Shown piece by piece: positions 1-13,619 of a DNA stretch of 64,000 bases (positions are counted from its first letter, which is position 1; the number at the start of each line of letters is the position of its first letter). Made by a program: the position numbers and the translations under genes. Location of the stretch: the NCBI RefSeq assembly GCF_009914755.1, contig NC_060930.1, one strand, 5' to 3'. This DNA is from the human T2T-CHM13v2.0 reference genome, Homo sapiens. The notes below the pieces were generated by a model. It saw nothing but the letters and a program-made list of their open reading frames with translations. It was not told the DNA's origin and ran no database searches.

Positions 1-94
1 AAATGTATGTATGTACATGTGAGTATGTGTATGTGTGTATAGATACACATACACATCCATATCAGTATATAAATGATATATGCATATATATGTA

Positions 95-225
95 AAAAGA
101 GAACAATAAATATGGCAAGAGAGTAATGATTGGTAAATCTGGATAAAAACTACACAGAAGTTCTTTGTACTATTCTTGCAACCTTTCTATAAGTTTAAAA
201 TTATTTCAACATAGAAACTTTTAAA
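95..225 (+). mobile_element. Old L1M (L1ME/MC-type) 3' end fragment
   Basis: 'gttctttgtactattcttgcaacctttctataagtttaaaattatttc' resembles old L1M 3' termini. Confidence 0.65.
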
Positions 226-639
226 AACTCAATTTTTAGATATTGAACTTATGTAACTGTTATCCAAACAACAGACTTTATTATAACATACATACACACA
301 CAGGTACATACACATACAATTTCATAAACTTCCCACTGCCCATAAAAAGAAATTTTAAGCTCATAAACATTATGCTCAGGGAGTTTCTACAATCAGGTCT
401 CATCCTAATTTTCCTGCCTCACTTTTTGCTTTCTCTAAGGCACTCCTTACTCTATATATGCTGAAATGATTATGTTTGTTTCTCCTTCTGTGTTTTTGTT
501 CCTGCTGTTTGCTCTATAAGGTAAGCCCTCCCAGCTCTTCCACTGGTTACCTCCTATGCCTGCTTTGAGACCAAGTTCAAATGTTGCTTCTATAATACCC
601 TTCTCTACAGCACTAGGCAGATACAACTCTTCCCTCTTT

Positions 640-994
640 TTGTGAACTGAATGTTGTGTTCCCCCAAAATTTATATGTTGAAGCCATAACTCTCAATGTG
701 ATACTCTTTAGAGATGGGGCCTTTGGGAGGAATTAGGGTTAGATGAAGTTATGGGGGCAGGACCCTAATGATGGGATTTGTGCCCTAAGAGCTCTCTTTG
801 CCTTGGGAAGATACAACAAGAAGGCTGCCATCTACAAGCCAGAAAGGGAGCCCTCCCCAGGAGCCAAATTGACTAGCACCTTGATCTTGGACTTCCCAGC
901 ATCCAGAACTGTGAGAAAATACAAAAAACATTTCTGTTTTTTAATCTATTCAGTCTATGTTATTTTGTTAGGGCAGCATGAGCAGACTAATATA
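640..994 (+). mobile_element. MaLR LTR, MLT1A-type
   Basis: Starts 'tgtgaactgaatgttgtgttccccc'; contains 'gcaccttgatcttggacttcccagc..ccagaactgtgaga'; ends 'gactaata'. Confidence 0.8.
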
Positions 995-1366
995 CCTCCT
1001 CTGTGTATTCATACAACTTTACACAGAGGTAAAATATAGCAGTTAGAACTCTATCTTATATTGGGTTGTTGATGAATCTTTCACACAGGCATGTGAGTCC
1101 TGAGGACAGCAGCTATGTGTTTCATCTTTCTGTCCCTAACTCACTGCCTGACCCATGGAGACCTTAAGTCCAGGCTTGCTGAATGAATATGGCATAATCT
1201 GAACCTGACCACTCCAATCGTTCATTAACCTTACTGTTTGGGTGTGGATTGATCATTACTTTTCTTGAATTTGTGACAAGATAATTTCAGCAGTTGACAG
1301 ACAGCTAGTTTCTAGTCAAGCCGATGCATTGTATATGCTCCTACTTGCCTGTTCCTATGTCTTCAG

Positions 1367-1560
1367 TGATGGATTCAGTGACCTGAAGAGTGTATCTTAA
1401 TAAAGAATTTTGAATGCATTTGGTTGAAAACATTCTGAAAAGAACCTTTTCTTCATACATTTTATATGGATATGAACTAGACAATAATGTATGCTTATAA
1501 TAATTGAGAAGTTTTTAAAAATGAGATGCTGTTACTAATAAATTATGATTAATTCTTTCT
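1367..1560 (+). other. Candidate terminal exon
   Basis: Pyrimidine tract + CAG at 1361-1366; all three frames stop within 34 nt; AATAAA at 1399-1404 and 1537-1542. Confidence 0.25.
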
Positions 1561-1974
1561 CTAAAGGTAGTACGAAGTTAAACAATGGTAGGAATCTTGG
1601 TCTCTGTTTATTATCCTTACTCCAACTCATCTTTCATTACAAATAATTTTTTTATACAGTCCCCTCTCTACCCTCTTACACAGAGGCATTTCAGCAGATA
1701 TTTTATTGAAAACAAAACACTGTGCAGCCCATGCTGCACAAGGAAAGAAGTGTGTACAAGATAATTCCAAAGGGCAATACATGTTTCTAGTTAAAAATTG
1801 GAGGGTTATGTAAATATGAACTGTTTAGTCAAGTTCAGGTAAAATTAGGAGGAATTACTGGAAAAGCGTGAACAGTGAATATATTCCTTAGTTCTAATTC
1901 TTTCAATAGTCATCTCTATCAACTCAGAGATTGCTTTTGCTTGTTTTCTTTGTTTTTTATTTCATTCTGTACAG

Positions 1975-2232
1975 GGCCTTGAACATTCAGTGACAATTTA
2001 TGGTAACTGCAGAGTATACCATCACCATCCTGTGTTCTTTGGATAACCAGCTGGCCTAATTTTGAATGTCCTGAACCACATATTACTATAGCTCTGTGTT
2101 AACTATGTCATGGAGTGGATTTATTTCTCCTGTTGACTATTAGACAACCTGGTTGCTTCCACTTACTATTTATTCAACTAATACTGCCTGTTATATTGTA
2201 TGTTGTAAGAGTTGGAGGCAAGTTGTTTCCTG
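1975..2232 (+). other. Candidate exon (alternative donors after 2002 or 2232)
   Basis: Long polypyrimidine tract ending tctgtacag|G; donors atg|gtaact and ctg|gtaagc. Confidence 0.25.
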
Positions 2233-2529
2233 GTAAGCATTAGACTCAGAAATTCTGGGAGTGTTTTTGTTTTGTTTTTAAGCTCGGCTTCAATCTTGTA
2301 AGAGATTTGTAAATCTCGTAAATGTATAAGGTAACATAGAACTTGATGTGACCTTGTTTACTCTTAGATATTTTGATATGAGCTGTTTAGACAGAAAATA
2401 TTTGTTGATAAATATGAATGAAAACATAAGGAATATTGAACAGGAGGTTAAATGTCAAAGTATTATGACGATGGCCTGGCATAGTAGGTGGAATGAGGGC
2501 TTTTTAATGAGAAAGATCAGTGCCCACAT

Positions 2530-2960
<431 letters not shown>

Positions 2961-3278
2961 TCTTATGGTTAATGTTTTTTAAATCAAGAGGACAAATAAG
3001 ATCAATTAAAATTTCTAATTGATTATTACTTTTACTAAAAGTTTTTATTTTGTTTAGAACAGCCATTAGTAAATTGAACTTATTATCTCATGATGTTTTT
3101 ATGAGGAGCAAATTAAAGAAAATTAGAATCATCTGTTGTGCTAGATGACACATAGCACTCAATGTGCTCATTTTATTCCCCCCTCATCCTGTATACACAC
3201 AACTCTACTTTTTAGGTGGATTTCTTCCAAGATGGTCTAGAAAATAATTTTTTAAAACTTAGTCATTATATATTTGGA

Positions 3279-3320
3279 ATACACATACATACATACATAC
3301 ATACATACATACATACACAC
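3279..3320. repeat. (ATAC)n microsatellite
   Basis: Direct tandem repeat. Confidence 0.95.
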
Positions 3321-3531
3321 CACTCTAAAATGAAGAAGGTCAATTACCTATTATCTATTGTCTAGCATGGGTTCTATTATTGCTCCTTTATATGTTTAAC
3401 TATGATGGTATTAACTTTTGTTCATATATGGATGAGGATAGTATTTATGTATTAGTAGATATATCTGTTTTTAGTTATACATGAATTATTCATCTTTGCT
3501 TATATTAACCCAAATATAAAAATAACACAAT

Positions 3532-3954
3532 AGTTATTGTCTGTTTGTGCTGCTACAACAAAATATCTGAGACTAGGTAATTTATAAAGAGCAGATACTT
3601 ATTTCTAACAGTTCTGAAGGCTGGGAAGTCCAAGATCAAGGCACTAGCAGGTTGATTGTCCAGTGAAGATGTGGCCTTGAACCGCAAGATGGTTCAAGAT
3701 GGTGCCTTGAACACCATGTTCTCCTGAAGGGAGGAATGCTGTGTCTTCATATGGCAGAAGGCAGAAGGACAAAAAGGGAGCAAACTCCCTCTATCAAGCC
3801 CTTTTATAAGGGCACCTAATCCAATTCATGAGGGCAAAGTCCTCATGACTCAATCACTTCTCAAAGCCCTCATCTTCCAGTACTGTTGTATTGAGGATTA
3901 AGTTTCCATATAAATTTTGGAAAGAAAAAAAAAAGAAGCATTTAAACCATAGCA
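3532..3954 (-). mobile_element. MaLR LTR, MSTD-like
   Basis: 'ggctgggaagtccaagatcaaggc', 'caagatggtgccttg', ends 'aaaccatagca'. Confidence 0.8.
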
Positions 3955-4199
3955 GTCATGCACATAAGGAACATTCAAAATTTTGCCAACTATTAGAGTT
4001 TACTGAATATTTATTGTGGCCAGGTTTTCTGCTAGGCACCTCACATATATAATCTTATTTAATCCCTACAAATTCTTACAGGAAATTACTGTTTTACAGT
4101 TGAGGAAGCCACAGGTCAAAGTCTGGATCCTATGACTTGTAGGTAACTTTGGAACCCTACATTCTTTATTTGTTCCCCCTATTTCTCATCTCTTTTACT

Positions 4200-5370
4200 T
4201 AGTCCTTTTTTTCTCAGTCTCTACATGTGGAAGGGTGTGGCCGTGGTCCTCTGCTTTTCTCTGTGTATGCTCCCTCCTTAGGTTGTTGAACCTAATCAAT
4301 TGATTTTTAAATATACTGATAAATCCTGGGTAGGCAAAATAATTCTTTTTTTTTTCAGTTGCTGGTGATATCTTCTGCTTATCCAGCCATTCACGATAAT
4401 CTCCATCCAGATGCCTAACAGGTTTTCAACTCTTACTATGTCCTTCTTGACATCTTCCCCTGTAACCACTCACTGTACTCCTACTCCAGTTTTCCTCATC
4501 TTGGTCCACGGCTCCACAATTCATTCAGTTCAGGAAAAAAACCAAGGAGTCATCCTTCATTTCCCTCTTTTTCCTTTTTTTCTATGTTCAGTCTACCAAC
4601 AACTCCTTTTGGCTCTGTCTTCAAAGTATATCCCAAATCTACACACTTTTCAGCATATTTATCATGTCCACCCTAGTATATGCCACCATCAAATCTCACC
4701 TGGTCTACAGCAAGACTCATATCCCTGGTTCCACTGATCCTCCTCATAGTCTCCTCTCTGCATACAGACAGAGCAAGCTTTCTAAACATAAAATGAGAAC
4801 ATGTAATTTTCTTTTTCAAAGGCCCTTCCTAATGGTTTCCCATTACACTTATAATGAATCAGAATGTCTTGTGTGGCCACAGGGTCTCTGGGCCCTGCCT
4901 TGCCTGTGTGTCCAGCCTCAACTTGTTTCCTAATATCTGGCTAGGTGTGCTCTGACCATTCTGCCTTCTTGCTGCGCTTCCAGTGTGCCATGCTCCTCCT
5001 CATCTCAGCTCTTCACACATGCTGCACTTCTGTCTGAAATGTACTTCCTCAGACTTTTGTATGGCTTGCTCTCACATCATTCATATTTTGCTCAAATGCC
5101 ACCTCTTCAAAGGCTGTCTTTGACCAACATATCTAAAACAGCACCCACAGCTTTGCCCAAGGTCCTAGGAACACCTTGTCCTTCTTTAGTTTTTTTTACA
5201 GCATTTGTCACAATCCAAAGCTATATCCTCTTTATATACATGTTTGTTTTCATATCGCCTTTCTCTCCCACCAGAATATAAGCATCCTGAGGGCAGGAAG
5301 ATGAACCACCTATTTCACTTCTGTATCTCTAATGCCCAGAACAATCAGTGAAATATAGTAGAAATAAAGA
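4200..5370 (+). mobile_element. L2 (L2a-type) 3' fragment
   Basis: L2-like segments 'ccaaggagtcatcctt', 'ctcaaatgccacctcttca', 'agaatataagcatcctgagggcagg'. Confidence 0.75.
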
Positions 5371-5449
5371 ATAACACAAGGAAAGAAAGAAAATGAGTTG
5401 TTTCCAGTTCTGATTCTGTTTGATTCCACCAGGCTATGCTGACTCTTCA

Positions 5450-5610
5450 TTGTGTGTAACGTTTTGCTTGTAACAACAAAAAATTGGCAGCAACCTACAT
5501 GTCTTCAATAGAGGACTATTAATAAATCATGAAGCCTACATATAATAGAATAAAATGCACCAATAAAAAAGAATGAAGAGGATCAAGATGTACTAGCTCT
5601 GAAATAAAGT
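5450..5610 (+). mobile_element. L1ME fragment
   Basis: 'aaaaattggcagcaacctacatgtcttcaatagagg..aaaaagaatga'. Confidence 0.6.
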
Positions 5611-5629
5611 GAAAAGGCCTGTTGCAGAA

Positions 5630-5930
5630 CATTGTGCTCCAACCTCTGCTTTCCTGCTCTGGGCCTTTGCACTTGCGATTCCTTGTGTATGGAATGCTCT
5701 TCTCCAGATCTTTCAGGTCTCTCTCAAATAGCACCTCCCAGAGAATGTTCCAAATGTTTAAAGTATCTTTTACCCTTTTCATTCACTAATCTCTTGGCTT
5801 GCTCTGTTCTTCTGCATGATAGTTATCACCATCCAAAATTACATTTACTTATATGTAAATGTAAAGCAGGGACTTGACAGTCTTATTTGCCGCTGCATTC
5901 CCAGGGCCTCCAACAGTGCCTGGAGTAAGA
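5630..5930 (+). mobile_element. L2 3' fragment
   Basis: 'gggcctttgcacttgc..tggaatgctctt', 'gctgcattcccagggc..cagtgcctgg'. Confidence 0.7.
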
Positions 5931-6718
5931 TTGAAAAAAACAATGAGAAATAAAGAGAGAGATATATCTGGTTTTCCAATTAGGTTCTTTTGTATAAGAG
6001 AGTAGAAGTACCACCATATGCTACCCCTCATCTTTAAAAACTCAGTGTTAGGACCTTTGTGTTTTTAGGCAGATAGGGACCTTAGAGGTCATCTAGTCCA
6101 AGCTATGATTTTGCAAAAGAGTGGATTGAGAAGGGTGTTAGGTGATGTGTGGAGGTCCAGTGAATATGGAAGTCAGCGGTGACAGGATGACTTTTTATGC
6201 TTTTTGAGCTTTGAGTTATGTAATGTGCTACTTAATTTAAAAATAACCTCCATAAATATATTTTGAAAAATATCAGTGAGATGGTAGCCAGTTAAATAAT
6301 TCAGACACAAGCACTCAAGGGTTTAGAGGAAGATAAGTTACTTTTAAGTCACTGTGGACACAGTCATTGATCAGAGCAGGCTTCCTGAAGGAGGACATCA
6401 GCTGGCCCTTGAAGAACAGAAGGGATTTAATGGTGAGGAAGCATAAGGAGCATTTCAGGAAAGCATTGCAGCAGTGAGCAGTTGGTGGAAGAGGTCCAGG
6501 TATAGGAGGGAGACCTTGAAGGAGAAACCTATAAGGGCTTAAGAAGAAATTAATGGTTACCCATAATATACTTAGCTCTGGAAATAGGAACTGGAACATC
6601 AGTCTGTAAATCCTTAGGGCCTGTAATGGAAAGACTTATTTTCTCAAAAAATATTGTTTTAAAGATATTATTATTTTCTCTATAGACAGATAATATAAGT
6701 GAAACAGTAGTTACACAT

Positions 6719-7343
6719 TGTTATGGATTGAGTTGCGTAAAATATATATATTTTTATTTTTATTTCTATATATAAATATGTAGACCCTGGGAATGCAGTA
6801 GGAGATAAGACTGCCAAGTCCCTGCCTTACATTTACATATAAGTAAATGTAATTTGGGATGGTGATAACTACCATGCAGAAAAATAGAGCAAGGCAAGAG
6901 ATTAATGAGTGAGGGATACAAATATATATGTATATAGAAGTCTTCTCTAGTACCTCAGAATGTGATCTTAGTTGGTGATACAGTCACTGCAGATATAATT
7001 ACTTAAGATGAAGTCACACTGGAGAGATGGGCCTCTAATCCAATATGACTGGTATCCTTATAAGAAGATCCCATGTAAAGACAGAGCTAAACAGGAAGAA
7101 CGCCATGTAAAGATTCAGGCTGCTATTGGAGTTACGCTCCTTAAGCCAAGGAATGCCTGGGTCTATCAGAAGCTGAAAGAGGCAAGGAAGGAACATCCCC
7201 TGTAGGCTTCAGAAGGAGCATGGCCCTGCCAATACCTTGAATTCTAACTTTTAGCTTCCAGAACTGTGAGACAATAAATTCCTGTTATTTTAAGCCATGC
7301 AGTTTATGATATTTTATTATGGCAGCCTTAGGAAACTAATACA
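6719..7343 (+). mobile_element. MaLR LTR, MLT1B/C-type, carrying an inserted inverted copy of 5781-5908
   Basis: tgttatgg start; 'ctaatccaatatgactggtatccttataaga'; ends 'ggaaactaataca'. Confidence 0.85.
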
Positions 7344-9239
7344 GAAACTCTGCTTTTACAACACAATTTTGAAATGAAGCCAAACAGAAGAAAACCATCA
7401 CTTGCTTTGTAACTGGGTTTATGGAACATTTGGTAAATTTGATTAGAACTTTGTTTTTGTTGATTTAGTAATAATGATTGGTTACATAATACCTATAAAT
7501 GCAAGCATCATTAAATTCTTTTTGCATAAGTCCTTTATAAATTAATTGCAAGCATAGCTGGAGTAACTCCAGCCACAAACTAAGTGAATCACCATTAGAG
7601 TCACACATAGATCTTTTGTTTTCATTTTTGTATCTTAAAAGCTCAGTCTTCAACAGGCATTCTTTTTCTCTTATTTTAGTTACAGCATTAATTCCTATGT
7701 ATGTTTAATCACATGATTAACAATCATTGGGTGAATCGGTTCATATAAGAATAAAGAACAGATTTTAACTTTTTTGGTTTTAAGTTCATGAACATGCCTA
7801 TCATATTGTCATTTATTATGCCTATTTAAATGTAACAAGAGTTTTAGGACTCACTATGCCAATAATCTTGCTAACTTATGTCCTGAATCAGAAAGAAAAT
7901 TCATAGAGAAATGAATTATATGTAAACTTAAACCACCTAGGCAGATAGCTGTTTTCTGTTGTTTTCAGAGAGAAAACCAACTTACATCAGGTTTACATTT
8001 TACTTATCTTTGTTTTCAAGCCTCTCAGCCACTGCCTTGATGGCTTCCTTTCCCCCATTTTTTTTTCTGTCAGTGCTGTCTCTTATATTAAACCAATATC
8101 TAATATTTTGTCTTTTGCTTTTCTGGTCCATGTGCTTTCACAATAAGGATAAGAGATTTTGCTTTGTTATCATATGGCAGGACTATAAATAGAGAAAATC
8201 ATATTTTTAAAAATCATTTCTAGTATGGTTTGCAACATGTTTAAATTGATTGCTCCCCCTTCCTTTACTCAGCCTCAGACTTAATTCTTAATTAACTGTT
8301 TTTCTTTTTTCTTCTACTTGAGGGTCATGGGAAAAAGTTTGAGGTTAGTCACATCATATGGGTTTTAACCTTTATAGTTATCTTGTAACCCAAACAAACA
8401 TTAGTCATTCTGATAAAGGGTTAGAAGAATAGTTTGGACATCTCATAGGACTTTGGCTCAGATAAGTTATTCCATTAATATATTTTCTCAAGAAAATGTC
8501 TTCATTTTTGCTTTCCTGACTTCTGGTCTCCTGTAAGTTTTCTAAGTTTCATTTGGCTCTAAAATGCTTTAAAATAATGCTCTGGACTAAATATATTTGG
8601 GGAAATGGTCAGATTTGCTTTATTCATCAGATAGTGTTATTTTGAGGGAAATTATTACATATTAAATTATGTCAAAGATTTATTTTATAGTTTCTTTTAC
8701 ATTTTTCCTTAGCCATTGCTTACTTATTCATGATATAAGTGGAGACCAGTAGATAACCCATTATGTGAACATTCTAGAAAGGTGTTTAAGGAGTTGGCTG
8801 GAGCTACAAGCAAAGTGAGTTTCTTTAGCCTTTTAACTTATCCACGCTCTCAGGGATGCTAAATAAAAGCTCCATTTAGCAATATTTGCTTCTGATGTGT
8901 GGCACCAGCAAGAGCTACATTCAGGTACAGGAATCTGTGTCCAGAGGTAGGCTCTGAACCCATTGTTTTACCATCTGTCTTCCAGCCCCAGAGTGAAATT
9001 CTTGTAGGAGGAAGTTGAGTGGGGAGAAATGGGGGAAGTCCTGGGCCTGATTCACCTCCTAACTCTTAGGGTTGCTTGGGCAGCTTCCTCCATCTCTCTA
9101 GAAATCAGTTTCTTCATCAGTACAATGAAGGAATAGCCACTAACACTTACTGAACATTATGTGCCAGGCACTGCTCCAAGTACTTTGCATGTAAAATTTG
9201 TTAAATCTTCAGAACTCTGTGAGGGTGAAAAATCAATAC

Positions 9240-9485
9240 ACACATACTCTCTCAATTCTCTCTGTCCTGCTTTTCCCTCCTATTGTCTCATCACCTTCTG
9301 AGATATATATATATATATATATATTCTTTTGTATGCTTTATATTTTTGTTATTTTGTCAGTCTCCTTGCTTTAGAATGTAAATGTCATAAGGGCAGGAAT
9401 TTCCATTTGTTTCATTTACTAGGGTATACCTCTAAAACAGAGCCTGGCAAGCAATAATTACAAAATCGATGTTGAATGAATGAAG
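9240..9485 (+). mobile_element. L2 3' end with flanking MIR fragments
   Basis: 'agaatgtaaatgtcataagggcagg..gcctggca..gttgaatgaatgaa'. Confidence 0.65.
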
Positions 9486-9694
9486 TACATAGATTAAGTA
9501 ATTTATTAATGTTCACCAAGATAGTAGTGGGGCAGAGTTGGGAATTGGTCCCAGGTTGTTTATCTCCAGATCCCATACTCTAAAGCACCGTGTTATACTG
9601 ACTAAAATTAGGCAACCAATGGCTTCCAAGCCATGGTTCATCATGCTTGTTTCACATGAGAATCGTATGTGATGTTTTAAAAGCTACAAATGCG

Positions 9695-9972
9695 GGCTGG
9701 GCACGGTGGCTCACGCCTGTAATCCCAGCACTTTGGGAGGACGAGGCAGGCAGATGAAGAGGTCAGGAGTTCGAGACCAGCCTGACCAACATGGTGAAGC
9801 CCCATCTATACTAAAAATACAAAAATTAGTGATGCATGCCTGTAATCCCAGCTACTCAGGAAGCTGAGGCAGTAGAATTGCTTGTACCCGGGAGGCAGAG
9901 GTTGCAGTCAGCAAAGATCGCACCACTGCACTCCAGCCTGGGTGACAGAACAAGATTCTGTCTAAAAAAAAA
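9695..9972 (+). mobile_element. AluS inserted in a MER5-type element
   Basis: Alu dimer with short deletion after the A-rich linker; TSD aaaa(g/a)ctaca(a/g)atgc. Confidence 0.92.
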
Positions 9973-10752
9973 CTACAGATGCCTGCTGCTTCCTACTCTT
10001 CCCCATTACATACTCTGAAGGAATTTAGTGAGTTTGGAGTCACAATATTTTGTCCTAAAATTCCCAAGTGAACTTAGTTTGCATCTAAACTGAGATAAAC
10101 TTCAAAAACATAGCTTAAGTTTATCTCAATAACACCTTTAATTTTATAAATCTTTAAAATGTATTCTAAAAGGAGTTCAGATTGAACCTTTTGTTTAAAG
10201 GGGCAGATGGAAGATAGTAGGAGCAGAGCTTCCTTCTGACATTGATTCATGGTTGGGTTTATGGTTGAGTTCATGGATCTTTCTATAATGATTTTCCAGC
10301 TGATTCTAAATGTTAAGTAGGACTGGCCTGTGACTGATATCTACAGACCTTACTATAGACTGGCAGTAAACTCATAATAATCTATATGATTTAAAATCAG
10401 TTGTTTAACCACAGTATAATTTCAAGACTATACTTCCCTTTCAGACATTGGTATTTAACAAGTGGATAGTCTAAACCTACCCTGGGACTGGACCTTGGGA
10501 GCTAGTTCCAGTTTTCAATTAATGAACCACATTATACTAGATGAATAAGATTTAAATAATTTTGTCAAAGCGTTATCCCCTCAACTCATGAAATAACCTT
10601 TACTAGGACAATAATGGGACTTGGTGCGGAATGACCTGAAATGACAGCTAGTCCAGAAAGATTGGTATTTGGTTGTGCTGTAGATGACTTCCTTATCCTG
10701 AAACTAATTACAGAAAGGAAGATATTTAACAAATGCCTTGGAAATTGATTAA

Positions 10753-10843
10753 GCTTCTTCTTCTTTTTGCTTATTTCTTCTTCTACTACTACTACTACTA
10801 CTATTATTATTATTATTATTATTATTACTGCTACTACTACTAC
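10753..10843. repeat. Compound trinucleotide microsatellite (CTT)n(CTA)n(ATT)n(CTA)n
   Basis: Seen directly. Confidence 0.9.
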
Positions 10844-10899
10844 TTTTAATGTGCTGTGCAGGTACCTTAGCTCATTTACTACTAGAAATTTTGTGAGCT

Positions 10900-11339
10900 T
10901 ATGTTAGCCTGGATTATCCAAGAAGCAGATGCTGATTCAGCATTAAATGTGCAAGAAATTTAGTAGGGTAAATTCCTGTGAGAAAAAAAATGTGAAGGGA
11001 TCCCAGAGAGGCTGGAAGAGCCCTTAATGCAAGTCTGACCCTGAGGAAAAGATAGAAAGAGAAGGGGAAGAATGGTGTAAGCATTTCAGACTGCTGTTCA
11101 GTTCCATGAAAACTTAGCAAGGCTGTTGGGGAATCCTCAAGCCAAAGCCAACTATTAGAGGAGTCACTCATCTCATGGGATTGGGCCTGCCTTTGTATTT
11201 CTGTTGTACAGTCATTGGCCGGGAGCAGCCTGTGGGAGAATGTGGACCTCAGTGGATTTCAGAACAGAGCAGCTGGGGCTTTCAGCCAATTCTGCCCCCT
11301 GCAGTCAAAATCTAGGAGGCATATTGTTATGGCCAATAT
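10900..11339 (-). mobile_element. ERVL LTR16-type LTR
   Basis: 'aagaagcagatgctga', 'cagtcattggccgggagcagcctgtggg', 'cagagcagctgggg'. Confidence 0.7.
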
Positions 11340-12199
11340 TCTCATATTTAGACATGATGTTCTAGAGATTCCGGGAAGTTACTCTTGGATATGTGTCCAA
11401 GATGTGTCCTTTCCAGAATAATTTCTCTTTACACATTCTTTAACCTGGTTATTATCAGTCTTGTGCTGAACTCTCTAACCCATGTGGATAATTTTTAGTA
11501 AGGATGCTTAGTAATTTAAAAACATAAAATCCATGCTGCTAGTCTCTAAATCTTCTACGAAAAGTTTAATGCTAAACAAAAGGGGTGTGTGTGTTGTTTG
11601 TATCATGTATATGTACATACAAATACACACATACACATAGTATTGAGAAACATAAACTTATTCAACTGGTTATTATAGACCATGAAAGGAATTGTATTGC
11701 CGTATCTAAACAAAGTGTGCAATTGTTTGGGTTTATGTACTCTGTGCTTATGAGTGTTGTGAATTTGTCACTTGGGCTTTCACCTCAGAACAAGTCCTTT
11801 TTTATTTCTACCTCTTGAAATAATAGTTGTTCACTCAAAGCTCAGAGGTGGTAGAAACTGGTAGCAGATATCAGGAAAACAAGAATAATTGTCATTTACT
11901 ATTATTGGTCAGTTTGGTTCTTTATTATTTCCTTGGAAATTATACACAATCAGAACAACTACTTGAGGGTTTTTTAAACCTCAAATAGTATAAAAATAGC
12001 ATTTTATCCTAATCAAAGCAAGTTTTATTCAGTGTTTTTCTATGATCGAACAAGGAGTGGACAAATATATATTGAGCACTTGCTGTATGACATGCTGAGG
12101 CATTCGACATTCATGATTTCATTTCTTGTAGCATTATAATTATTATGCTTCACAACAAGCCAATGGGCTAGGTGTCATTATGCACATTTGAAAAGTAGG

Positions 12200-12493
12200 G
12201 GCCAGTCGTGGTGGCTCACCCCTGTAATCCCAACACTTTGGGAGGCCAAGGCGGGCAGATCACAAGGTCAAGAGATCGAGACCATCCTGGCTAACACAGT
12301 GAAACCCCGTCTCTACTAAAAATACAAAAAATTAACCAGGCATAGTGGTGGGTGCCTGTAGTCCCAGCTACTTGGGAGGCTGAGGCAGGAGAATGGCATG
12401 AACCCGGGCCAAGCTTGCAGTGAGCCGAGATGCACCACTGCGCTCCAGGCTGGGCAACAGAGTGAGATTCCATCTCAAAAGAAAAAAAAAAAA
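12200..12493 (+). mobile_element. AluY-like element within a MIR
   Basis: 'gagatcgagaccatcctggctaacac', 'gaatggcatgaacccggg'; TSD gaaa(a/g)gtag. Confidence 0.92.
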
Positions 12494-13204
12494 GAAAGGT
12501 AGAGAAGAAGACTGAAAAAGCAAAACTAAAACTAACTTGCCCCATGGCTCTCAACTAGTAAGTGGCAAAACTAGCAACTTTACAACTATCTGACTGATAT
12601 CAAAGCTCCAGTTTGTGTTTCTCAGCTATACGTGTCTTTTTAAAAATGAAGGAAATTAAATTTCAGCATCAAATTACCTGGCTAATTTAGAAATGAAGGG
12701 TTAAAAGTAAATAGAAAATGAGAAATTTAAAAATATTTTTTGGAAGGAAATACCCAAAGAGTAAAGTGAATTAAATCAGCTTCTTTTCTACTTGCTTATT
12801 AATAACAATAATAATGCTAACGTATCCTACAAAGCACATAGCAGAAATGTCTAAGAAAACTGTGTACCTAGTAAATATGTATTAACATGTTTACATATGA
12901 TTTAAAGATGACTAAAATAGAGGACAGAATGCCCAAAACGCTCTTTTTCTGTTTAGGATGAAACCATTGAAAAAAATGCTTCAGTAGTCTCTTCTAGAAA
13001 TTGAGGGGAATAGGCTAGGTCATCTCTAAACTCTCTTCAGTTCTAAGATTCTTTATTCTTTCTTTACTTTTTCTAAGCACTTTGACATAGTACTATCCAT
13101 TTATTTTCAAGATGTTCATTGAAAAATAAATATTATAGGGAATAGATGAATAAACATGGCTAATTACTTAGAGGATTTCTCACAGATTAGTTAACATACA
13201 CCCT

Positions 13205-13581
13205 TGTATTAGTCAGAGTAGATAGGTTATGCTGTAGTAACAAACCAACCTTTAATGCTCAGTGATATAAGACAACCAAAGCTTATTTTTAGCTAATTAT
13301 ACATATTTACTGTAAGCACGGGAACTCTGTTTTTGTAGTTATTCAGGGACACATGCTAACAAGTGTATATAGCCAAGCTATTCAAGTTTACCAATTATTG
13401 TGCTATAGGGAATGAGGAAATATGGTGAATCTAACACTGGCCCTTGAAGCCTCTGCTTACATTCCATTGACCAAAGCAAATCACATGGTCACATCTCACA
13501 TGGAAAGAAGAGGCAGGGAAGTACAACTTAGAAGAGGTCTGAAGTGAACGTATTTGTTGAAAAACCCTAATGGATGTCATA
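13205..13581 (-). mobile_element. Old MaLR LTR (MLT1J/K/L-type)
   Basis: 'tgtattagtcag..ggttatgctgtagtaacaaac', 'cattgaccaaagcaaatcacatggtc'. Confidence 0.7.
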
Positions 13582-13619
13582 AAACTAATACAATGTGAAA
13601 TGAGAATCTGGTCATATCC

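Noticed and set aside
4411-5281. Cluster of 89-108 aa ORFs
   Set aside because: Lie within degenerate L2 sequence, with no coherent splice structure
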